Assembly (NCBI GenBank): GCA_965215515.1
Contig: OZ244057.1
Location: 1,728,001-1,792,000, forward strand
From: Oligoflexales bacterium
GTDB lineage: Bacteria > Bdellovibrionota_B > Oligoflexia > Oligoflexales > JAPPIL01
Reading direction: 5' to 3'
Length of the DNA: 64,000 nucleotides
Positions within the stretch are counted from its first letter, which is position 1. Each line of letters starts with the position of its first letter. A model generated the notes under the pieces. It ran no database searches. It saw only the letters and a list, made by a program, of their open reading frames with translations, and was not told the DNA's origin. Both the position numbers and the translations under genes were made by a program. Positions 21,449 through 31,344 of the stretch are shown here, piece by piece.

Positions 21449-22435
21449 TTAGAGTTTACGAGACACACCAGACTTTCTTGTTCGCTCCAGCCTGTTCACT
21501 TTGCTTTGACTGAGCTTCGTTATGCGACAGATGGCCTCGATGTCTATGCCATCCTCAAGCATGCGCAGCGCAATCTCCTCAACTCCTTCTTGCCGTCCTT
21601 GCTCTAGTCCTTGCTCTAGTCCCTGCTCTAGTCCCTGCTCTAGTCCCTGCTCTAGTCCCTGCTCTAGTCCTTTGAGCATGCCCTCTTCGAGCCACCCCTC
21701 GCGCCCAACCTTGATCCTTTTCATAAGTCTGTCCTTTATCCTCTTGATAGCCTCTCTCTCTATATCCTCTAACACAACCAAACTGAAGTTGCTATTGAAT
21801 TTAGAAAAACAGTCGGTTGCTCGTTCCAGTAACCGCAGCCTCTCGTCCAGTCCTAAAATCAAGCTACTGCGAAAGAAATTAGCCACCTTCTCACGGGTCA
21901 AGTCCCTGATGCAGTGCAAAGCCAACATGTAAGGATGGCTTTTGGGAAACATCTTGATGATCTCTTCCTGACTGTAGTCAGGCAGATGTAGCAGGAGGTA
22001 GCCGAAATCTAGGGCTACATCGCCGCCTATGGCGTTGGCACTGTCAGCAAACTTGCCTTGAAACCGCCGCGGCAATCGCCAGCGTCCTTCCGCGTTTGAG
22101 ATCACAATGACGATCACCTTGTCGGCCATGTGTGTATCAACCAATGCCTGATAGGTCAGCAACTGCCCATGAAGCCCCTTGTCCTGTGTGCTCTTGTGCT
22201 CGTTCAAAAAGATAACCCGCTGCCCGTCTTTGGTCATCACCGAAATCACTGCATCGGCACGGCGTTCTTTGCCTTCCGCATCGGTGAACACCGTCGCTTC
22301 AAACTTCAGCGTCCTGAGATCGAGTTGTGCCAACTGTTTAGAAGGTAGCAAAAACTTCAGCAATTCTATCATCAGCACCCGATTGTTGGTGATGATTGCC
22401 ACGAATAGCGCATTGTGTAGCGCACGTTTGGTCAT
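21449..22435 (-). CDS. Rpn family recombination-promoting nuclease / putative transposase (PD-(D/E)xK)
   Basis: HNALF...LDLRTLK...ERRADAVISV...FLNEHKSTQD...QLLTYQ; C-terminal (GLEQ)n and IALRMLEDGIDIEAICRITKLS. Confidence 0.9.
   Translation of the reverse strand: MTKRALHNALFVAIITNNRVLMIELLKFLLPSKQLAQLDLRTLKFEATVFTDAEGKERRADAVISVMTKDGQRVIFLNEHKSTQDKGLHGQLLTYQALVDTHMADKVIVIVISNAEGRWRLPRRFQGKFADSANAIGGDVALDFGYLLLHLPDYSQEEIIKMFPKSHPYMLALHCIRDLTREKVANFFRSSLILGLDERLRLLERATDCFSKFNSNFSLVVLEDIEREAIKRIKDRLMKRIKVGREGWLEEGMLKGLEQGLEQGLEQGLEQGLEQGLEQGRQEGVEEIALRMLEDGIDIEAICRITKLSQSKVNRLERTRKSGVSRKL
21593..21670. repeat. 12-bp coding tandem repeat encoding GLEQ in the Rpn C-terminus
   Basis: About six copies of CCCTGCTCTAGT/CCTTGCTCTAGT. 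Confidence 0.9.
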
Positions 22436-22526
22436 AGTCCGTCGTCTCTAGTGAGCACATGCTGCTAGTAGCTGTGTAGCACCATTTTCTCATAACTGGT
22501 ATAAAAATATCACCTACCCCGTGCAG

Positions 22527-22831
22527 CCATGAAAAATTTCCCCTGAAAAATTAGATGGTTAAACAAAAAATTAAGACCGCAACGGCCACGTGCCGAAACG
22601 ACACGCGGCGGAGGTGACCCCTGCCGAAACTGGTGTTGTTTAGGACAAGGCTAGCTTATCGATGCAAGTGAGTCCAGTAAAAAATGTTTTATGCAATGAG
22701 AATGTTACCGCTCTTGATTTTTACTAGCTTGGATGTGGTTAGTTGAAAAATTTATTTACAGAAAACAAAAAGTTATTTGCAAGTACTGAGTACCCCTCTG
22801 TACTCGATGTAAAAGTGCTCTTTGCTATTTT
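22527..22831. repeat. Copy 2 of the ~305-bp direct repeat
   Basis: Aligns to 21053-21358. Confidence 0.95.
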
Positions 22832-23276
22832 TTCTGTCTGTACTCTTCTAGCGAGCTGTCCCAGCCCCAAATTTGCGGGCAGAGGTGACAATGTCGAATC
22901 ACGCAGCACTGGGGTAGCCATCAGTGTCAAAAAAACGCAGCCTTCATCGCAAGGCGTAGATGGTACAGGTGAGTTGCTTGTCACCGCCAACTACCCTCTG
23001 ACTGTGACTTGCCAGCTTTGTCCGTTGGTATTTTCGGAAGCTACACTCAATAACAATAGTTATGAGCACAAAGCCCATTTTACCTACGGGCTGGTCAGAA
23101 ATACGGAGGTGTGCAAGCTGAGAATAGTGGTAAAAAGCATAAATAATGAAAAAATAAACAAGGAAAAAATAAACAAGGAAAAAATCTACAACCTCTACGT
23201 CTGCCCCCAAGAAGAAAATGGAGAATGCAAAACAGAAGGGGCGACGGAGCACTGTGGTAACATCAACGGAAGTTGA
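22815..23276 (+). CDS. Putative Cys-rich lipoprotein
   Basis: VLFAIFSVCTLLASC lipobox; the GTG start lies inside repeat copy 2 and is uncertain; 15-bp repeat encodes EKINK. Confidence 0.6.
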   Translation: MLFAIFSVCTLLASCPSPKFAGRGDNVESRSTGVAISVKKTQPSSQGVDGTGELLVTANYPLTVTCQLCPLVFSEATLNNNSYEHKAHFTYGLVRNTEVCKLRIVVKSINNEKINKEKINKEKIYNLYVCPQEENGECKTEGATEHCGNINGS

Positions 23277-23285
23277 AGGTGAACT

Positions 23286-25361
23286 ATGCGCATACCCTTA
23301 CTAGCTGTACTACTGATCACCGCCTGCTTCATCGAAGACGAGGCTAGTATCAGCCACCAAAGTGCTGGTATCGAAGGGGGAAACTTAACCGACCCCAGTG
23401 ACCCCGCCTACATCGAAGAAGGGGAGTGCTTGATCAGCATCAATGGTGAACTAACACTGGGAAAAGAAACAATACTAGAAAAACTAACACCACCTTCCTG
23501 CCTGCCGAGCGGTAAGCTATCGTGGTTATTCAAGGTTAAGAAGGAAAGGGAGATTAGTATAGAAGTCGCCAAGCCTTTGCGGCTCGCGATCTTGTTCGAT
23601 ACTTCAGAGTCGCTGAGACACAGTGACCCTGAAGGAAAAAGGTACGTGGCATTGAAGGAATACTTGGAAAACGTTCAGAGAAAGGTAGATGGTAAGGAAA
23701 TAGAAAGCGCTGAGATCGCAGTTTATCCCTTCAAGTACTGTAATCAGAGTGTCTTCGAACTGAATATTACTAGTTCTGGTAGCTTTAGCAAGGACTTAGA
23801 TAGTTTTATCGGGACTGATTACAGACATGAAGGAAGTATAAAAATAATCGACAAAGGACATTTGACCACGCTCACCGCTTACGGTGCGGTAGGTTCGACC
23901 AACTACCTTCAATCTCTTCAACTAGCGGTGGACTTCCTAGATAAAGGAGAAGATAATACTCTTTTGCAGCATATGCTTATCATCACCGATGGTCTTCCCT
24001 TTACGTATGACGATAGAACAACAAACACGGTAGACCTAAACGGTGATGGTTGCGACAAAAATCTGAGTTCTATAAACACTAATCAAATCGACAAAAACGT
24101 ATATGAAGAATTTTTTAGTAAAAAATATAGCTGTCTCGTTAAGGAGAATATACTCTACCCATCTAAAGTAGATTGTATTACACCAAAAACATTAAATAGG
24201 GAACCTCCACCAGGCTTTACGATTAATAATGCTGCTTGGGATGATCCTCTAAATCATGTGTTAGGCATGGCTCAGCACATCAAAGCTATTGATCTCCTTA
24301 GGAAGGATAATGATATCAAAGTATATGCTGTGTATCTTAAATGCCCTGATGACAAAGAAAAAAAATGTATGCCAGATGGCATAAACCAACATTTGGTGGA
24401 GTTCTTTTTAAGCAAAATTACCGACGTACATGATGTTGCTGATAATGCTGCAGATTTGACATCTTCACTGAAAAAAATATTAGAAACACAAGTTAAGTCA
24501 CTAACATACAAAAAAACTGGCGAAGCGTACCTCAGCAACGGCGGAGAGGGCAATGGAACACCAGTAGATAAATCAACAAAACTACATGGTTATCGCATCA
24601 AGGTCGGCCGAGACGCTGAAAATGATAAGGTGTTTGACTACGACAAAGATGCTAGTGGTAGTCAGCAAGGCACTTTGATAGTCGAGCATGGCCTGGAAGG
24701 CGTAAATGGCAATGGTAGTTTCTCAATCGGTTATGATTTTGAATTTAAAGATACATACCGCGCTGATAGTCCCATCGCTGTTAATGTTAGCGGAGACAAT
24801 TCTATAATTCTGGAGCTGAATAAGTACGAAGAAGAAAAGTACACCGCCTACTGTCTGCTGCCGCCGCGTTGTGATGATAGCAAGGAGTGCTGCGACAATC
24901 CAGATAACCCGTATCGGGTAGTTACTGATGAAGAGTGTCACGACAAAGGTCAGAGTTGGAAAAAGTTCCCGACTTGCATGTGCGGAGCAGTTGCACAAGA
25001 ATCGGTAGGGGGAACAAACGAAGATGGTGAACTCGTCGTCGATACGCCACCCTCCCCAACCCCCTCAGGACAACCGACGGGTGGAGCACCACGACCTCCC
25101 GCGGGAGGAGGCGGGAAGCCTACTTATGAGCCGCCGCCTCCTCCCGCGGGAGACGGGAAGCCTGTTAGCCCGCCGCCTCGTCGTTCCACTGAACAATCTC
25201 CCAACCAGAATCCGCCTGTCGTTGTCTCCCCCCCTTCCCACGATGGTGATACAGGCACGGTGGAAGGGGAAAGGCCAGGCAAGGGTGGCAAAGGCATGGG
25301 AGAAGGGAGGAGGACAGTCCCCTCTCAAGGGACTGTCTGGGGGAGGTACGAACAGTTTTAA
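23286..25361 (+). CDS. VWA-domain lipoprotein with Cys-rich and Pro/Gly-rich C-terminus
   Basis: MRIPLLAVLLITAC lipobox; MIDAS FDTSES, GSTNY and IITDGLP; low-GC core. Confidence 0.8.
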   Translation: MRIPLLAVLLITACFIEDEASISHQSAGIEGGNLTDPSDPAYIEEGECLISINGELTLGKETILEKLTPPSCLPSGKLSWLFKVKKEREISIEVAKPLRLAILFDTSESLRHSDPEGKRYVALKEYLENVQRKVDGKEIESAEIAVYPFKYCNQSVFELNITSSGSFSKDLDSFIGTDYRHEGSIKIIDKGHLTTLTAYGAVGSTNYLQSLQLAVDFLDKGEDNTLLQHMLIITDGLPFTYDDRTTNTVDLNGDGCDKNLSSINTNQIDKNVYEEFFSKKYSCLVKENILYPSKVDCITPKTLNREPPPGFTINNAAWDDPLNHVLGMAQHIKAIDLLRKDNDIKVYAVYLKCPDDKEKKCMPDGINQHLVEFFLSKITDVHDVADNAADLTSSLKKILETQVKSLTYKKTGEAYLSNGGEGNGTPVDKSTKLHGYRIKVGRDAENDKVFDYDKDASGSQQGTLIVEHGLEGVNGNGSFSIGYDFEFKDTYRADSPIAVNVSGDNSIILELNKYEEEKYTAYCLLPPRCDDSKECCDNPDNPYRVVTDEECHDKGQSWKKFPTCMCGAVAQESVGGTNEDGELVVDTPPSPTPSGQPTGGAPRPPAGGGGKPTYEPPPPPAGDGKPVSPPPRRSTEQSPNQNPPVVVSPPSHDGDTGTVEGERPGKGGKGMGEGRRTVPSQGTVWGRYEQF

Positions 25362-25503
25362 TTAAAAGATCCCCTGTAGATGCCCCCACCGTGTTGAAAG
25401 GCATCGGAGCCATCAACACCCGCTACCCCTTGCCCTGTCCTTGACCGCCACAGCTAAAGGAGCTGGGGCTCGTTACCGACAACGTGTACGGGGGAGGTGG
25501 CTT

Positions 25504-26235
25504 GTGTTTTACTTGATTATTTTGTCGCTGTTGTGCGGTGCTTGCGTGCAAAATATTTTCACCGCGCCGCATGTCTCGTCTCCAGGGGCTACTGCGCCGC
25601 GGCTTAGCTTTGTCATCGACGAAGATGTCATCGATATGCAGACCGTAGTAGTAGGTTTTGAGCCTGAGCGCTTTGCACTGCCATCTTTGCCCATCCTGCG
25701 CGCTAAGTTGCAGGTCAATACCAGCGACCGCATTTGCGCACCACCCCAAACCTTCACCTTGCAGTGGCGTAATATCGTAGGGAAACTGACCTGCCGCGGT
25801 GCGCCTCCTTACCACAACGTGAGCCGTACTTTTGCCGACAAACTGTATTTTTTCCCTCGAGGGGCGCACTGTCAGGTAGGGCGTTTGCGGGGGGCAACGG
25901 ACGACAGCTACACGGTAGAATTTTGCGGCATGCAGAACAGAAGAGGAGATGGTTTTCACGATTGTGCGACTGACAGTACAGGCACTACCAGAAATGAGAC
26001 GGTGGCACGGCGTGATTTCGACCTGACACAAGCCGCTTACCCTTTCGATCCGCTCACCACCCTGCAGATTAACTATACCGTGCAAGTGCGAGAAAAAAAC
26101 GGCTCCTGGCATACCATAAGAGCCTCTTTAAACGGCAGCGGTGTGTTAGCTACTGGACGCAGTTGTTTGTTTCGTGATGGCTGCCAAGTGCGCATCGACC
26201 CGCACGATGGTAAGTGCATTGCCCCGCACCCGTGA
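25504..26235 (+). CDS. Putative Cys-rich lipoprotein
   Basis: VFYLIILSLLCGAC lipobox after GGGAGG; several Cys residues. Confidence 0.6.
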   Translation: MFYLIILSLLCGACVQNIFTAPHVSSPGATAPRLSFVIDEDVIDMQTVVVGFEPERFALPSLPILRAKLQVNTSDRICAPPQTFTLQWRNIVGKLTCRGAPPYHNVSRTFADKLYFFPRGAHCQVGRLRGATDDSYTVEFCGMQNRRGDGFHDCATDSTGTTRNETVARRDFDLTQAAYPFDPLTTLQINYTVQVREKNGSWHTIRASLNGSGVLATGRSCLFRDGCQVRIDPHDGKCIAPHP

Positions 26236-26305
26236 CGATAACACCGTGTAGATGCCCCCCGAACCGCATCTTGACTTTCATTACCTGAAGGAGGAAGAGA
26301 GACTG

Positions 26306-26390
26306 ATGCCAGAGATGGAATTTGGCCTTGATAGAGCGAGACAAGAGGGCATACGGCAGGGTATGCGCAAGGGCAAGCGGCAAGGTTGTG
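26306..26390 (+). pseudogene. Rpn C-terminal (RpnS-like) remnant
   Basis: AAGGAGG then MPEMEFGLDRARQEGIRQGMRKGKRQG, after which the similarity stops. Confidence 0.5.
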
Positions 26391-26539
26391 CACTTGGGGT
26401 AAATGTTCCTATAGGAAGAGCTCCCGCTCTTCGCTTTTCCCCCTCCAGTGGGGGTGGCGCTGGTATAGGTGTAACGCAACCCGTCGCATTTGGCGGATCT
26501 AAAACCCAGCGCGTTTTTCTTCGCTGTAGCGGTCAAGAA

Positions 26540-26985
26540 CAGCGGCAGCAAAAAATACCTCCAACTCGGTACTGGGAGCAAGAAGACAGCCAAGATCAAT
26601 CGAGACAAGGCAGCCAGTGATGCCGCCTGGGATGGCATCAGCGGGTACATTCGCGGGGAAGGTAATAGCCTCTTACCGTCGCCTGTGGGAGATCGAAGAA
26701 GCTTTTCGCATCTCCAAACACGATATCTCAAAATACGTCCCATATTCCACCGCAAAGGCGATCGTCTCAGGGCACATCTGGATATATGTTTTATCACCTA
26801 TGCCCTTGTCCGTCAGTTAATGTGTCGTTACAGGATGCGGCAAGGCGAGACGATCAGCTGTGAGAATTTGTGCGACACGCTCAGGCGGACAAGATTTACC
26901 CTGTTGCGGCACATCAAGACAGGAGAGCTGTATGGCATGCCTAACATAAAAGCTTTCCCGCGTGCCAAAAACCTCTACCGCCTCA
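26540..26985 (+). mobile_element. IS1634-like DDE transposase C-terminal fragment, frameshifted
   Basis: DAAWDGISGYI / YRRLWEIEEAFRISKHD / KIRPIFHRKGDRLRAHLDICFITYAL, split across frames. Confidence 0.8.
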
Positions 26986-27069
26986 AAGGTGGTGCAGAGA
27001 TGGCCGAGTCGTTTGCTGAATATGTGCTCATTCCGCAAATATCAATTATATTGGGGTGTTGCATCACCT

Positions 27070-27488
27070 CTCGCCAAATTCCTGAAAGCGTGATCAGACA
27101 TAAATATCTCGAAAATAGGCTCTCAATGCGGGACATTGCCCGTGAATTAGCGTGCTCAAAAACACACATCCGCGACCAGTTACTGAAACACAACATCCCC
27201 CTACGTCAACCCAACAGACGCTACAACAAATGGTATGCCTACGGCAAACGGCGTGTCAGCGGCAGAACCATAGCCCACAAGGGCGAGAAGCGCACCATCG
27301 CCACCATCAAACAGATGTATGGCGAAGGAATTGGCATAAGGGCTATTGCTAGGTTCTTGAACACCATGAAGATACCCACCAAGCAACAGGGTAAAGGCTG
27401 GCATCACTTCACGGTTACCCAAATCCTCAAACGAGAAGGCGTTTACGTCGTGGGGCGTAAGGGGGTGGGGTCGGCAGCATCAGGCTAG
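27070..27488 (+). CDS. HTH plus recombinase-domain-like protein (possibly a fragment)
   Basis: KYLENRLSMRDIARELACSKTHI HTH; YGKR...GIRAIARFLNTMKIPTK...WHHFTVTQILKRE resembles the serine recombinase DNA-binding domain. Confidence 0.65.
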
Positions 27489-27656
27489 GTTTCGCACATA
27501 TTTATAATTAATCCTTTGATAACAGTATGTTATCATTTTTATGTTTACAAATGGCGGGGTTTGTCCGACAGGACAAGTGAATACGCGGCTTGCATTTTCC
27601 TTGTTCTCCTGAGGATCGGGAGTTGGAAAGGTAAGCCCCCCTTCTGGGGCTAGCCC

Positions 27657-27710
27657 GTGAAAAAGACAGCCGTTATCGTTGATGGTGGATATTTCATGCC
27701 GATGCTTTGA
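27657..27710 (+). pseudogene. NYN-domain (PIN-fold) ribonuclease N-terminal remnant
   Basis: GTG start then KKTAVIVDGGYF, resembling the first strand/catalytic Asp of NYN/LabA proteins; stop after 17 codons. Confidence 0.55.
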
Positions 27711-27764
27711 CTACTGACAAAGAACTCCTCCGCCAGTAACAGGGCTGGTGCATCTTTAGATATG

Positions 27765-28154
27765 TTAAGCAGCCTTGTCTTCCAGTGAGCGGTCGAGCTC
27801 GTCGATGAGCTCTTTGCTTCTTTTCCTATTAAAATGCCTTGTCCCCTCATGATCAGTGTGCTTTGAGCGGATTTCTTTTTCTATCTTGCTCAACAAAGTA
27901 ATGTAAGCATTCAATTTGTCTTCAGCCTCTAGCTGTTTGTTCCCACGAAAGCTAATTTCTGGACCTCCAAGATATGATTTACTGGTGATAAACTCATGAA
28001 TAGAGCTTATATGTGGAAAATAGCGTTTAAGTGAACTAAATCTGAAAAAAGGATTGCGGGCGATTGCCGCAAGCACAATGTTTTCTCCTACATCCGATAT
28101 CTGTACGGTTTGTTCGTTGCCATTGTGAATGTTTAAAGTTTTTCTATTCTTCAT
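27765..28154 (-). pseudogene. Probable type III restriction Res subunit internal fragment
   Basis: NPFFRFSSLKRYFPHISSIHEFITSKSYLGG resembles Res C-terminal regions (recalled, not searched); low GC; no helicase motifs. Confidence 0.45.
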
Positions 28155-28475
28155 AATGGCTGTAGATCAGTTTCACTTTTCCACGAAATTGTTCTACTAG
28201 ACTGTGGAGCGCAAGTAAGTTATTGCCTTTAATGACGAAATTTTCTCGTATTGTTCCTGATTCACGCTTAATCTCTTCAACTTTTTTTGTGCCCTTAGCT
28301 GTGTATCTCTTCCATCATTGAAGAAAATTTCTTTGCGTTTTTCATCATACAAGTTTGAAGACTAGCAATAGAAAAACATCTATCAAAAAGTCTCTCCAAA
28401 AAGCATGTAAAGTCCACCCAAAACTAAAAAAATGGATTTTATGTACACCATCTAACTTTACTGCTGTAAAAAAAG

Positions 28476-28865
28476 GTGAACAAGAGTGGTTTGATATTAG
28501 GAGAAGCTGGAGTAGGTAAAACTCACACAGCTTGTGATACTTGCAATAATCTGTTGGAGAAAAATCTACCAGCCATATTTATTCGTGGTAGTAACTTTAG
28601 CAATGGCTCAATTGAGGGTCAACTGCGACAGTTTCTCGACATACCACCTTCTTACAGTTGGAATGACTTTCTTAAATCACTATCCGCGGCAGCTGAAGCA
28701 TATCATACCCGTATCCCATTGATTATTGATGGCCTTAACGAGGCGATTGATAATGGCACTTTATCAAATGTTTGGGAGTCAGGTTTGCAAGGTTTTGTCG
28801 AGGAAATAAAGCGGGTGGAAAATATTGCGCTAATTACAACTTGTAGGCTGGAGTTGCCCCCATAA
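28476..28865 (+). pseudogene. STAND/NACHT-type ATPase fragment (Avs-like)
   Basis: GEAGVGKT Walker A, LIIDGLNE Walker B and ITTCR sensor; truncated at both ends. Confidence 0.7.
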
Positions 28866-29251
28866 AAAGCGGACATGGTGACGTGTTCGCTCCAGTAGCT
28901 AACTAAGCACACATACCTAATCAAATGCTGCGACGGGGAAACAGCTTCTCCATCCGCATCTTGCTTCGGCACATTTGCTTTCCCTCCTGAAGCTCCAGAT
29001 TGCCACGTTCCAGCCGTTTCAGAATAACCCTCGCTAATGGCTACTCAAGGTTATGCTAGATGCCTCCATTAGTGAACTTACCCCTAGAAGGAGAGATGTG
29101 GTTATACGCTACTAATGGGACGGCAAAACAGTTACCGAAATAGCCGTGAGCATGGAGGTTAGTAAACAAGCAATGCCTAGTTAAGACATTACTGCCGTAT
29201 GAAGTAACAGCTACACGGTCTTCAAGTGAATGCCCTCTGCATGATCTTTCA

Positions 29252-29692
29252 TTGAACAATATCCGTGTGGCATTTGAAGCCAAGCCAACAGTGCAACACT
29301 ACTACACCGAAAATGTTATGCAGAGTTGCGACGAATACCATGACGACAGGAAGTTTCAGCCATTCATTGAGCTTAATAGTGACGCTATGGCTGAAGTAAA
29401 TTCAAAAATCGGGGTGTTGAACTTGGCTATCGAGTTTGACGCGACGCACAAGAGCACACACCGCTATAGTCAAAAGGTCAATGCCTACTATGTCAAGCGT
29501 GGGGTTGACGGTGTGCTTTACATCTGTGCGAACAAACACATTCTGAACGTCCTGCACAAGGTAGATAAGGAGGTATCGGATCGCCATAAGTGCAAGCATA
29601 AATTGTATTTTGCTTTGCTGGAAAATGTCACTGGTGCGATTGGTGAATTGACATTCACAAATGCGAAGAAAGGCATCTTTTGTGTCGGCTAG
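29252..29692 (+). pseudogene. Replication-relaxation family protein, C-terminal part
   Basis: HDLSL...YYTEN...DA...LAIEFDATHKSTHRYSQKVNAYY; the upstream part is broken by stops. Confidence 0.55.
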
Positions 29693-30009
29693 GGACATAC
29701 AGGGTGCTCTTTTTGAGTGCTCTTTGGCTGCTCTTTGGCTGCTCTCTCATAGAGCATGCAGAGAAAGGCAAGTGATTGATATTACTAACTGATGTTGTGA
29801 GGAGGTGAAAAGCAAACAGAGGGGTTATCAGCTATTTTGACATTTGTTTTCAATAACCATTTTTTAGGAGGTGCTTCATGAAGAAGGTGATGGCGATGTG
29901 CTTGGTGTTGAGTACATTGTTAGCTACGCGGCTTTTTGTAACGTTCGCTTGCTCGCTCACTTCTTGTTTACTAGCACAGTGCTGTTTAGTGAAAGGTGTG
30001 GGCATAGGC

Positions 30010-30235
30010 ATGGGGACAGAAGCAGCAGCAAGCATGGCAGCGACGAGGGAAGGGGCAGTTTACTTGCGACTGTCTGATGATACACAGGTAGCCGTTGAGC
30101 GTGGATCGCTGGAGCAGCAAATTCATATCGCCATTTCTGAAGCTGTATACCGATCAGAGCAGGAGCGGATGAACTACAGGATTACCGAGTTCTACATTGA
30201 GCCAGGCATCACAGGCACGCATGGCAACCGCCCTC
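30010..30235 (+). pseudogene. Large serine recombinase, N-terminal catalytic fragment
   Basis: AVYLRLS...SLEQQ...YIEPGITGT..NRP. Confidence 0.75.
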
Positions 30236-30605
30236 TCACTTCGCTCGTGGGCTTCGTCCGCTGTTGCCGCTTTCTCGCTCCACATCAGGCTACAGCACAA
30301 CATCAGCCTCAAAAAACATGGCAATAGCAATTACACCAGCGAACAAGAAGCGAGCGTTACAAAAAGGCGGCGTAGCGGTTCTTCAGGCTATGCCAGAAAT
30401 ACGACTGTGAGATATGCCTCAGGGGTCTGCCATTCAACCCCAACAACCCCGCTTCGATCCTACAGCTTGATCAGCTGGCAGCCTATGCTGAATTTGAATC
30501 ACGGACGACCTCCAAGCGTATCAGGGAAAGTAATCACTCTACCACAATAGAGTTAACAAAATCAGGGTCAGGACAGAGATTTTCGAGGCGGCGGTAGAAA
30601 CAGTT

Positions 30606-31088
30606 TTGCGTCAGATCATTGAAAACTCTCCAGAGTTTCAAGCGAGTATTGCTAACCATTCGGCGCAAAAAGACACCGCTCTTAGTGTCGCAGCGGGGAA
30701 AATTGCGGAAATCGACACGAGGCTAGACGAACTGGCAGATGAGAGGCAACGCCTAGATCGCCGCTTGAACTTTTTGCTCGAAGACGATGATCTTGAGATG
30801 GCACGATCCTTCAGGGAAGAGTATAAGGAGCGGGTTTCTGCTATGAAAGGCGAGGAACGGGAGCTTGCAGACAGGAAACGGCAGCTACAGTTTGTGCAAA
30901 AACAAATTGCTGTGACACAAGAGCCAAGCAAAAACGGCGGGCTGGAACAAATAAAAGAAGCACTCAACTATACCAACAACAATGACATGGTTTCGCTCAG
31001 ATCTATCTACAAGCGACTGTTCCACAAAATAATCGTGCATCCCCGCGACGAAGCGAAGGAGCGAGAAAGCGGCCAACAAGCCCCATGA
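30606..31088 (+). pseudogene. Large serine recombinase, C-terminal coiled-coil fragment
   Basis: Coiled coil ending LRSIYKRLFHKIIV; lies between the N-terminal fragment and the tRNA. Confidence 0.6.
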
Positions 31089-31344
31089 ACGAAGCGAAGG
31101 AGCGAGAAAGCGGCCAACAAGCCCCATGAACGAAGCGAAGGAGCGAGAAAGCGGCCAACAAGCCCCATGAACGAAGCGAAGGAGCGAGAAAGCGGCCAAC
31201 AAGCCCCATGAACGAAGCGAAGGAGCGAGAAAGCGGCCAACAAGCCCCATGAACGAAGCGAAGGAGCGAGAAAGCGGCCAACAAGCCCCATGAACGAAGC
31301 GAAGGAGCGAGAAAGCGGCCAACAAGCCCCATGAACGAAGCGAA
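31048..31344. repeat. Perfect 41-bp tandem repeat, 7 full copies plus 10 bp
   Basis: Unit ACGAAGCGAAGGAGCGAGAAAGCGGCCAACAAGCCCCATGA starts at 31048, 31089, 31130, 31171, 31212, 31253 and 31294, with a partial copy at 31335. Confidence 0.97.

Noticed and set aside
31048..31344. CRISPR array
   Set aside because: The units are identical and contiguous with no spacers, and there are no cas genes.
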